NCBI GenBank assembly: GCA_043228905.1
Contig: JBHGNT010000081.1
Coordinates: forward strand, 1 to 64,000
Source: Azolla caroliniana
Lineage: Eukaryota; Plantae; Polypodiophyta
DNA length: 64,000 nucleotides
Direction of reading: 5' to 3'
Positions 53,258 to 64,000 of this stretch are shown here, one piece after another. Numbering within the stretch: the first letter of the stretch is position 1; the number at the start of each line of letters is the position of its first letter. The notes under the pieces were generated by a model, which saw only the letters and a list, made by a program, of their open reading frames with translations, did no database searches and was not told the origin of the DNA. The position numbers were made by a program, and so were the translations under genes.

Positions 53258-53455
53258 ACTAGGATGGATAGGTAGAGGAGATTAAGAAGTGTTCGAACAA
53301 GTAGATTTTACATACAATTAATATAATTGTGTGCTTTTACCTGAGAGAGAGAGAGAGAGAGAGAGAGAGTAGCTAGGATGGATAGGTAGAGGAGATTAAG
53401 AAGTGTTCGAACAAGTGGATTTTACATACAATTAATATAATTGTGTGTTTTTACC

Positions 53456-53496
<41 letters not shown>

Positions 53497-53578
53497 CTAG
53501 GATGGATAGGTAGAGGAGATTAAGAAGTGTTGGAACAAGTGGATTTTACATACAATTAATATAATTGTGTGCTTTTAC

Positions 53579-53631
<53 letters not shown>
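53258..53631. repeat. Three tandem units of ~85 bp plus (GA)n upstream of CBP60
   Basis: CTAGGATGGATAGGTAGAGGAGATTAAGAAGTGTT..TTTTACCTG(AG)n x3. Confidence 0.92.
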
Positions 53632-53633
<2 letters not shown>

Positions 53634-53978
53634 ATTTCCCTCCTCTTCCCACCACAACATACATTTCTACACAAATCATTCACTTTTTTGTTGAATCCCC
53701 AACAAATGCACATCTCCAAGTGTAGAGTTTGTTGTTCCTTTGGGTGGACTAAGTCTAAACGGTTCCGAGCCCAAGCCGAGACAAGCCCAAACCGAGACAA
53801 GCCTAGCCTAGCCTAGCCTAGCCGAACCTAAGCCCATCTTTCCATCGCCCCTGCTTCCGCGTCTGCTCCTCCTCTGCTGCTCCCGCCTCCGCCTCCTCCT
53901 CAGCCTCAGCCTCAGCCTCAGCCTCGTCTGCTTCTCTCTCTCTCTCTCTCTCTGCTCCGCTCTGCAGATCACACCAGT

Positions 53979-56900
53979 ATGGGCACCAAGAGATCATTCC
54001 AAAAGGATGAATATGTTCGTGGACTAGTTTCCGAGTCTTCTTCTGCTGCTCCCGATCAATTAATTGAGCAGAAGCGGCAGAAGCTCCCTGGCCTTGCAAG
54101 GTTTCAGATTCTACTTTCCTTTATTCTTTCGATCTACTAATGTAACCCGACTTGCTTTCCATGGATGACTGGCTTTCTAACCATGGCTCAAGTGCTCAAT
54201 TTCCCCATTTTGTAGTGCGGTCGTTGAAGCTGTGAAAATGGACAGTCTTCAAAAACTCTTCTCAACCTTAGAACCGATTCTACGGAAAGTGGTGAGATGT
54301 TTTGAAATTAGCTGAGGATATAGAAAATTGTTAGGAAAATAAAAGTCTTTGACTAATTCTTGGTTTCCTAAGAGACGGCGAGGTTCTGTGAGGGGTTGAA
54401 ATTCTTCCTCTAATTCACTGTGGGCTTCTTAACGAGGGAGGATGTGTCTCTTGGTCCTGTCTTTGTATCTGTTTGACGCCCTCTTAAAATATATTAAAAT
54501 CAAGGTGCCTTTGTGACAATGTTTTGATTTTTACAAAAGATGTTTTTACCCTCAAGTTTTCTGCTGTAATCATCTGTAACTAACACATGTTCTTATTTAA
54601 CGATTTCATCAAAACATTGGTTACTATGAAGAATGCATTGTTTGCTCGGATTTACATATGATTATCACATGATTCTTTGGTTGTTTACATGTCATATCCT
54701 ATATCCCGACTTCAAGTCCATTTCTTCTTACTCCTTTCAACTCGTACTTCCTCAATGTTATGTGTGCTTACGTGTGACATTGTCTACATTCATTCTAAAC
54801 AGTAATTGTGGATAGATTTCTTCTCTAGTTTCATTTTTATGCATGCATTAACAAGTACAATTACCAGAAAAGACAACACGTTTACATAATTCTGTCTCAT
54901 TTTGCTGATTTAATAGGAATTTACTCAGAAGACAGACATATTGAGCTACTGATCATCTCGTTGTAATAATGTTTCGTAAAATATATTACATTATCTCATC
55001 ACTAGGTTCGTCACTATAGGAAAATAAAAATCCATATTTGCTGAGTGTCCATTTATTGTGCAAATGTTGCATAAGATACTACAGTGAGACATGCAAACAG
55101 TGAAGATTGATTCTAATGCATGTTGTTTATGGTACGAAGTTATGGGTTTCATTCAAAGTCTCTTTATGGTAATAAAGATATGTCAAGTTTTAAGATTTCT
55201 CTTCAAACCTTCTTCTTGACAATGGAAATGTATTTGCTGTAATTCTGGTGTTGTTAGGCTAGAGGTAGGTTCATAGTGACTACTTATAGCTCCTTATCCT
55301 TTCTCCCAAACACTTTTTTCTCTTCCACTTATTTTCACTCACTCACATGTGTAAATGATTCTAGTCTGGTAAATTTATTCCAGATTAGTGTAGTCCTATA
55401 GAGGGGAATATATTTTGTATATATAGTATGTTAGCAAATCAATTTGTTTTTCTGTCTTCATTAAAGCGTCAAGGCAGACAGACTTACTGAGGATGCAACT
55501 ATGTTTGTTGTCCAAAAGCTAGGAAGATTACCTTCCAAGCAATACATGTGAGTTTGTATTGCACGATATACACTTGCTGGAGATGTGATCCAAATTCATT
55601 ATGTGGGATGAGTGCTTTATAATGATTGTTGGTCTTAGGGGTCAAGTTGCCCAACAGTCAGGTTGGCCAAGTGGTCTAAGGCGCCAGACTCAAGTTCTGG
55701 TTCTCGAAAGGGAGAGTGGATTCGAGTTCCACTCCTGACCAGTTCCTGAATCCATACTCCTGTCCTCAAGAAATATCTCCAGCAAGTGTATATCATGTAT
55801 TGCACGATATACACTTGCTGGAGATGTGATCCATATTCATTATCTGGGATGAGTGCTTTATAATGATTGTTGGTCTTATGGGTCAAGGTGCCCAACAGTC
55901 AGGTTGGCTGAGTGGTCTAAGGCGCCAGACTCAAGTTCTGATTCTCGAAAGGGAGTGTGTATTCGAGTCCCACTCCTGACCAGTTCCCTAATCCATACTC
56001 CCGTCCTCAAGAAATATCTCTAGCAAGTGTATATCGTGTATTGCAGGATATACACTTGTTGGAGATGTGATCCAAGTTCATTATTTGGGAAGAGTGCTTT
56101 ATAATGATGTTGGTCTTATGGGTCAAGTTGCCCAACGGTCAGGTTGGCCGAGTGGTCTAAAGCGCCAAACTCAAGTTTTGGTTCTCGAAAGGGAGCGTGG
56201 GTTCGAGTCCCACTTTGGACCAGTTCCCGAATCCATACTCTTGTCCTCAAGAAATATTTTTTTGACACGTTTGTGACATCGGTTCTTCTCTATGGGGTGG
56301 AAATATGGGGCGGTAGCATCCTTAAATCTACGTGGAAAGAGTTTGAAAATGTCCAAAAACATTTTCTTACAAAGTTTCTACAAGTTAAGAAACAAATGCC
56401 TTACACCCTCCTCCTTGAGACGGGATCGCTTCCCATTGAGATCATGACCATGGAAAGAGTTGTTGAATACATGCTTAAGGTTCAAAAAAGTCCCTCATGT
56501 TGACTTCCTAGAATTGCATGGGAAGCAAGCAAAAAGATCCAAAAAACGCATAAAAGCAAAATTTTGTGTTCCGGTTGGATGGAAGATATAGAAAAATGGT
56601 TTGGTAGATGGGATGCAAGACACTTGCTTCATGATGCATCACTATATTCCTCAGTAAATGAGGCCTTTTTGCAACGCCAATGTATCATGACATGGAACAA
56701 ATCTGGAGGCTCACACTTCACCGTACACATTGATATATGTTAGAGTCCATCTCGTTATCTGCCATTCGAACCATTGCTCCATGCGACTTAGCTCACATGC
56801 ATTGCGATGTGAGATGGGGCGTTGGGGCACAAGTGATGAGAGTGGCCAACTATGCAGACTTTGCCCTAAACAAGTTCGAGAGTCTGAGTATCACACTTTG

Positions 56901-59900
56901 ATACAATGCTTTGCCTTTGATCATATTTGACCATGCTTTCCACATCTTTTCGACCGAGCCCAATCCTTGCACGAATTTCTCTCACAACCACAATGTGCAC
57001 TCTCGATTGCAACATTCATTGGTAAAGTTCTTGAACATCGAGAGTCGCCACTCACTTTCACACGTATCGCATGAAATGTAATATTTTTGGTCTCATAAGT
57101 CATATTTGACCTCCGAAAATGACAATATAATCTATCTATCTATCTATCTCTTTGAATGCGATGATGAATGTGTACCCTAATGGTAAGCCAACCAATATCT
57201 ATGGTTTAAACAAGGATTCACCATGAGTATATTTATTTGTTTTGTAGTTTGTAATTTTTTTCAGCTCATTGGTTCTAGCATTGTCTCATCTCATTCTTGT
57301 GCATATTCTCTCACCCTCACAGGGATCTAGTCTGTAAGTTCCCAATATTCTGGTATATTTTGGCCTGGTTTACATGTGTGGTTGGGGCTTGAATCTCCTA
57401 CACTTGGGATGGGTAATACAAGGATCAGAAAACCACCTGCAATTAATTGTCACCATTGTTTCTTGCCTGCTTTCTTCCATGTTCACCGATGGATGACTGT
57501 GATTAGAGTCATGCTGAATCTTAGGATGAAAGTACGTCCTTGTTTGTGAACTTCAAATAAATAAATATTTCAGAATTTTAAATGTTAGATTTTCTTATAA
57601 TGCTCTTTTTCATTATCTGAATATAGCTATGTTCAAACTTTAATCACTGCAGGTAGGAGAGGAAGTTGAACGTGCTCTTGCGAGGCTTGCCCCCAATAAG
57701 CTTGGACCCAGGTGTTATACGGATTTGTATTCAGAATAGTCAGCTCTTGTGATATTTTGTGTGGCTGAATTTGCCTTAGTTTGCTCTCTAAACCTAAAAA
57801 CTACAAAGAACCCATCTAATACGATAGGGAATGTAGCATGAGGTCACTGGCATTGCTTTTTTAAGGAAAATCCTATGGTTTTCGTTCTTTGTCCTGTGAA
57901 GTCTAAATATCATGTCAGATGTATAAAGACAGTGTTTTCACATGTGCTATGATTGTAATGATTTTTTTTTGGTTAAAAAATTCCTTTAATGTTTTTGTTT
58001 GCATTGATTTCTCCTTGATTTGGAAGCTAGCTATTTCTTGTGTGCTATTGTGCATTACTACATATCATAAAGCCTTACTGCATGAAGCAGCTTCTTTTCT
58101 GATTTTTGTTGCGTGCTTTCTATGTTTCTGGCTTCTATGCCCATGTCATGCAATGGGAGCCTTTGTTCAATGCAAATGATTCGTCCCTTATTCTTCTGTT
58201 GGGTCAATCTTAAGGCTGGCCCTGCCTATTTGTTGTCTCATGATAATAATTTAGTAGTGTTGCCAGAGAAAGTTACTCCATATTCTGAAATTTGGTTTCT
58301 TAAACCCTATTAAAAGTCCATATCCTCTCAAAAGACTAGGCCCTTTTTGGTACACCAGCTCCCCCTGAATGAGGCTATGGACCAGTCTGTGAATACTTTC
58401 TGCAGAGTATCACTTTTGACATATACACATACAACTGTATTTTCAATTACATACAGTAAAGTTTCAACCTGGTTTCAGGATTATGCACTTGCCCTTGATG
58501 GTGTCCACTTGTTTTTTACATTCTTCAAAGAAAGAGAACCACATCCTTATATCTGAAGACAGATTTTCTTCTATAACTTCTCTGCAGACCATATTTTTGT
58601 GTGTTGGCACAGTATGGCTACCGTATGAATTCCTGAACTTGTCCAGATCAAGCCATAACTCTCGTGTCTTGCTCCTGACATTTAGCCCTGTATCTTCTGA
58701 ACCTTTTCAAGGGATTTCCTTTTAGATTTCTCCTTTTCGATTTGCACCTGTTTTGAGTACTAGTTTGTTACAGCTTCACTATAGCCAATTGTGACCGACA
58801 CCTTCGCTTGTCCTGGGTTTTTTTTAATAAGTTTGTTCTTTCCATAGAGAGTGACAAAAATGTAAACTTACTGGTTCTTTTCTATTGCAGAACTTCTCCA
58901 AGGCAAACACTAGAGTCTTGTTCATCAGATGTATTACGGCTTACTTTGAGGAATAAGCTTTCCCTCCCTTTATTTACTGGTGGGAAAGTTGAAGGGGATC
59001 AAGGACTACCAATACATATTGTACTTGAAGATACAATAACCGGTGGAATTGTCACAACGGGACCGGCATCTTCTGCTAAGCTACAGGTAGTGGTCCTGGA
59101 TGGCGACTTTGGCAATGATGAGGATGAATGGACAGCAGAAGATTTTGAAAATAATGTTGTGAAAGAACGCGAGGGAAAGAGACCTCTTCTTACTGGTGAT
59201 TTGACTGTCACCCTGAAGGAAGGAGTTGGTACATTGGGTGAGTTGGCATTTACTGACAATTCCAGCTGGATCAGGAGCAGGAAGTTCAGGCTTGGTGTCA
59301 GAGTTATCCCTGGCTATTTGCAAGGAGTTCATATCCAAGAGTGCAGGACTGAAGCTTTCACTGTCAAAGACCATAGAGGGGAACGTAAGTCGTCACTAGT
59401 TTTCTCTGTTTTACTTTTATTCACGGACCATTCATCATTTCTTTCTATGTATTCCAGTCTACAAAAAACACTACCCACCGTCTTTAAATGATGAAGTATG
59501 GAGATTAGAGAAGATAGGCAAAGATGGAGCATTTCATAAGAGGCTTCAGCAAAACGGTATTAAGACAGTAGAGGATTTTCTTCGAAACTATATTGTGGAT
59601 CAGCAAAAACTGAGAAATGTAATGTTTTTTTTCTTTACCATTGTGAACCAGCTAAAAAATGTCAGTGGGAAATTCCAGGACTTAATTTAAGGGAAATCCT
59701 TCTTTTTATGCAGGTTTTAGGATCTGGCATGTCAAACAAGATGTGGGATGCCGCAGTGGAACATGCAAAGACTTGTGTCCTGACTGGGAAGCTGTATGTT
59801 TTCTACGCGGACAATGTTGCTCCAAACCATATTGGAAATTCAGGTTTTTTCTCCCACAATCTATACATGCTTGCTATGTCTGTCCCAAAAGATATCGGGG

Positions 59901-61162
59901 AACATGAATGTTTCTGGTCTAAAGACAGATAAGCAACCTGCTGATCATTGCCTTGTAATTATGTTGTGTAGATTTCGTATATTACTGAAAAGAGAACTAC
60001 ATAATTTATGCAGGCAACTCGCAAAATGTTGGTGTGATATTTAACCACATTTATGAGCTAATGGGTGTGACTTCTGGTAATCAATACAAGCCTGTTGAGT
60101 CTCTCACAGAAACTGAAAAGGTAGCTTGTGAACTCCCGTATGTATTTGTATGCATTAGTATCATATGTGTCTCAGTTTCTCAATTAGTCGTTCTACCATT
60201 ACACAGGTGGTGGTTGATAAGCTCGTAAAAGTTGCATATGGGAACTGGGAAAGTGTCTCAGAGTATGATAGCGAATCTCTTGTTTCTGAACCTGCCTACA
60301 AGCATACAAGCATAAACAATGAGAGTGAGGGCATGGTATGTGTTGGGAGTTCAAGTGGCCATGAGGAACAACCTTTAATGTATACTAGTATGCCGCCTCT
60401 TTCAATAAATTTTCAAACCTTACCTACTACTGCAAATACAACAGGTAAAACGCTTCTCCTTAGTTTGTGAAGCAAGTCATGCATGTGCTTGACCGTAATA
60501 TCTAAATTAGTGCAGTTATTACAGCCGGTGATGTTACATCTCAGCATTATGAGTATAATACCGAAGTTCATTCCAGTGATAATAGTCAAGGGTACCAAAT
60601 CAGTCATGATAATCAGATGTTGACTTCACGAAATTATGCACATAATTATGTCTCGTCTTCAAATATGCCTTTTCAAGCATCTTTTAGTGGCAATGATATA
60701 ACTTCTGTTACTGGTCTTGCCATTGGACCATATCAGCACATGGTGTCACGATCATCTGGTTTTCAACCTCCTTTAACCTCTCAGCAATCATACCAACAAA
60801 GCTGTCTGGATTTGCAACGCTTCACAATGACTCCTGACCAGTTCTTCACAGAAGATGATATTCGTGCAAAGGCGCAGGAGCTGTTGGGCAGTGATGATAT
60901 ACAGCAACTGTTAAGGTTACCGTATGGCTCTGGTTCTTTCCAAGAACCATTCAGAATGCAGGTAGATGATTCTTATATTCCAGCTGGTTTGGGTCAATCT
61001 CCTGCTGGGTCATATGGTGAAGATAGTGTTGCCCGTTCGTCCGGAAAGGCCTATATAGGTTGGCTAAAGCTGAAAGCAGCATTACGTTGGGGCATCTTCA
61101 TTAGAAAAATTGTTCATGAGAAGGCAGTTAAAAGGGCCCAGATTGAAGAGCTTGAAGATTAA
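53979..61162 (+). CDS. CBP60: Calmodulin-binding protein 60 family transcription factor (CBP60b-like)
   Basis: Exons approx. 53979-54100, 54216-54291, 57653-57711, 58891-59384, 59458-59618, 59714-59843, 60014-60120, 60207-60443, 60525-61162. Motifs [61 protein letters not shown], and C-terminal CaM-binding [17 protein letters not shown]. Confidence 0.95.
55657..55740 (+). tRNA. tRNA-Leu(CAA)-derived copy 1 (likely pseudo)
   Basis: GTCAGGTTGGCCAAGTGGTCTAAGGCGCCAGACTCAAGTTCTGG..CCACTCCTGAC. Anticodon arm intact, B-box altered, C at the discriminator position. Confidence 0.85.
55898..55981 (+). tRNA. tRNA-Leu(CAA)-derived copy 2 (likely pseudo)
   Basis: Same sequence 241 bp downstream, with T-stem and anticodon-stem mismatches. 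Confidence 0.85.
56138..56221 (+). tRNA. tRNA-Leu(CAA)-derived copy 3 (A and B boxes intact, acceptor stem damaged)
   Basis: A box TGGCCGAGTGG, B box GGTTCGAGTCC, anticodon arm CCAAA-CTCAAGT-TTTGG. Confidence 0.85.
56222..57150 (+). mobile_element. RTE-X/L2-like LINE 3' portion with (TCTA)n tail, in CBP60 intron 2
   Basis: [68 protein letters not shown] (post-RT region and zinc finger); ends TCTATCTATCTATC at ~57131-57149. Confidence 0.85.
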
Positions 61163-64000
61163 TGGTATGCCCACCTCCAGCTTGAAGTCCTGTTTTCATA
61201 TGTATTATATTCTTCTGTAGAAGCTACCCTGTTTAACAGCACGTACCCTCTTATCAATTGGAAATGTGCTACTAACAGGGAAGTAACTGCTGCTGGATGA
61301 TAAAATTAGGAGCTTATTTTTTCCTAGATGCACAGGACTTGTTTACGGTAGATGTAATTACAACACTAATAGCTTGAAAATGAAGCAGACCCCTTTATGA
61401 AATAGGCTGAGACACTAATGGGCTAACGCCTGTGTGGCGGCACTGTTGTAAAACTTAGGTAGCAGGAATGCCCCATATGTTAATATTTATATCGCCATTC
61501 CAGTTGTATTAATAACTTGTTGTGACAAAGTCAATTGCCATATGCCATGTATCTTAAAAAAACCCTGCTGAAAGTCAGCATTTTCCAATTTGAGCATTTA
61601 ATTGCTTAGTGTTTGGCTGATGGGTTTTGAAGAGCTCCTAGTCATGCTTTTAATGTTATGGATGATGCCAAAGTTCTAGTCATTGTACTTGATATCCTGT
61701 CCATTTGTAACATCCTCGTGAGACAAAGGAACTATCTTTGCACAGCACAGTTCTCAATAAGAAATAAGCAGTCATTAATGAAAGTCAGGTACTTACCCAT
61801 TCATATCTGAACTTTTGAAGGCAGTGGAATTGATGGAGTTCCAAAGCAGTCACTGATGGAATCATGAAACTGAATCATACGCTAATGCAAGATGATTTGG
61901 TTGCTCCTAGTTGCCATTCACTCTTATCAAATACAATGTCAGCCTTGTCCTATGCAGCTGTAGTAGGCAAGATTATTCTACTTCGGTAGAAGGTATGGAA
62001 TGACACCAGTTGTTAATTGAGAACCTGCTTCGTTTATGAATTTCAAGGCTGGATACGTGCTATAGGCTATGCAGCAGGAAGTAATGATAATATTTTCCAC
62101 TCAAACTAGTGGAATCACAGCTTAGACAACTTAAAAAGTATTTCAAGGCCTGGACAGCTGCATCATCACTTGAAACCTGAATACTGTGATCCAGAGTGGG
62201 CCAAAGATATGGGAAACAGTTCTCATTACAGTATGGAGATCAACAAGAAGCATTCAACTATGCCTCCGTAGCTTGATGAAATGAGGCCTCATTGGGTTGT
62301 TTATCTGCCTATCCTCCATATGGTTTCGTGGCCATGTTTGTTAATTGGGTTGTCAGGTTTTTTGAAGGATTTCTAACTCTTTCTAGAGTACTCTCCTGGA
62401 GAGTTTGCATCGACAATCTGTAGTGCATGGATGCAGGTGCAAAATAGGTATATTGCTAATTTTCGTCAGGAAGTGGGCGGTTCTCCCAAGTTTTTGGCAT
62501 GTGCGTAATAGTGATAAGTTGAGGGTCTGAATTGTGGCTGCAATCCAGAGTATTGAAATGCAGAAGAATAATGGATCACGTAAAGTTGTCCTAGAACACA
62601 AGAAGAAAAATCAAGGGATGACCGATGAACAGTACCACAACAATAGGAGCAGCACCAGAAGCTATTTTGTCTCCCTTGTTTCCATTCTTAACACAACAAA
62701 CACCACTGCTCCTATATCAGTACAATTTTTACTTTGCTATCTCACATTTAACTTCCAGATGTCTACCACATACAAGTTTGAAGCAATTATTTAGACGTAC
62801 ATACAGATGCTAAAAATGTATATATTAAAATGAAAGATGACCCAAAGGGCTGAGAAATCAATCTGGCAAAAAAAGAAATGTCCAGGATCCAACTCTAAAA
62901 AACTCCAGCCATATAGTTACTATGTAAACTGTACAGGAAATGATGTATAGGTATCATATGATGCTGGTGAAGTAATAAAAACCCACTAATGCTTTACCAT
63001 GCCATCAATTACAAATATTTCGTGAGGAACGTAAAGGCACAATATTGAGGCATCATGTAACTGCAGAGTATTTTAATGTTATGGTATATTAGTTTGAAGG
63101 TCTAGAATACAACTGAGAAATCTAACATAACAATCTAAGATATGGAAATGTAAATTAAGTCATGGAGACTACTGAAAGTTTTGACAGAGAGTTGCATTTC
63201 ATAGCAAGATTTTCATACCAAAGGTGAGCACGTCCTCTTAAAACTAGATTTCCTCAGGCACTGTATGAGCGTATTGTAATGAAATTAGAAGAATGAATCT
63301 CAGTATGTTTTAGTATCTCCATAATCCTCAAGAGCCAATACTCTCTCGAACCCCCAAACATGTCAACAATGCCCAACAAGGTGTATTGAAACAGCTTTTG
63401 AGGTCAAGTATGTTAGAGCTGTAATTAATCTAGATTAGTTGATGCCTTGAAATTAATTGCAATAGAGAAAGTAGTGGTTGAGCCCTTTGAATCAAGAATA
63501 CAAACGTGTTCATACTTCGCTTTTGTTTTTAAATTACAAGAGCAAATTTCAATTTCTAGTTTAAATCAAACATTTAGGACTGAGAAGTATACATTAAGAA
63601 TACTCTTTTTAGCAGCCATATAAGGTAAACAATATTTACACAAAAAGTGTTTTGTAGTTGCTACTTGGCAATAACAAAATCTCAAGATAAATAAGTAAAT
63701 GAATATTTTCTATGGGGCTAACACTGTAGTCAAAATTACTACATGTAAACTAGAAGTTATTGACAAAGATGCAAGTACAATGGAGGGGACTACAACGCCA
63801 AATCAAAACAAATACGGATATTAGAAAAAAGTAAGTTCCAAATGACCTTAAATCACATATTTTCTTCACAAATATAATTTACTAAAACAAATAATGATGC
63901 ATGGATTCATGTCTAACAATAGGTTCCAATTTTCTTGAAAAATCTTACAAGGAATTTCAATCTTAGCCATGATTTTGAGCATAGACCTCTTGAACTTGAT

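Larger units (their letters stand above)
55555..56256 (+). repeat. 240-bp tandem array (x3) of palindrome + tRNA-Leu + short LINE stub
   Basis: Period 241/240 bp. Full palindromes at 55775-55825 and 56016-56066; only the right arm at 55555-55583. Confidence 0.93.

Noticed and set aside
55775-55825. Homology between this palindrome and the 8690-10150 palindromes (similar length and TGCA-N-TGCA-like centre)
   Set aside because: The arms do not align, and the shared centre is too short to support common origin.
56161-56182. Apparent compensatory G-C to A-U change in the copy 3 anticodon stem as evidence of selection
   Set aside because: Both changes are at CHG sites and are explainable by methyl-C deamination; the acceptor stem of the same copy is broken.
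55657-56221. Three ordinary functional tRNA-Leu genes
   Set aside because: Each copy has stem or B-box lesions, a non-A discriminator and no adjacent T-run terminator.

Overview
Eukaryotic land-plant genomic DNA, probably a non-seed plant such as a fern (inferred from gene style and a Tcn1-like chromovirus; not provable here). It holds four intron-aware host genes: the 3' ~90% of a divergent cellulose synthase (CesA, 1-4288 +), an ARGOS/OSR-domain gene (20852-21970 -), EMC3 (44569-48679 +) and CBP60 (53979-61162 +). The rest is a layered transposon landscape: (1) an internally deleted Copia element split by a TIR element carrying an array of ~51-bp palindromes; (2) a Copia > Tcn1-like chromovirus > hAT-MITE triple nest; (3) a Mutator-like element with an Ulp1 protease remnant; (4) RTE-X-like and L1-like LINE fragments. 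The most unusual structure is in CBP60 intron 2: three tandem 240-bp units of palindrome + tRNA-Leu(CAA) running directly into a LINE 3' tail. The chromovirus also shows an apparent self-priming PBS, a -1 frameshift pseudoknot, heat-shock elements and a tRNA-like segment in its LTR. All coordinates were read by eye and may be off by a few bases.
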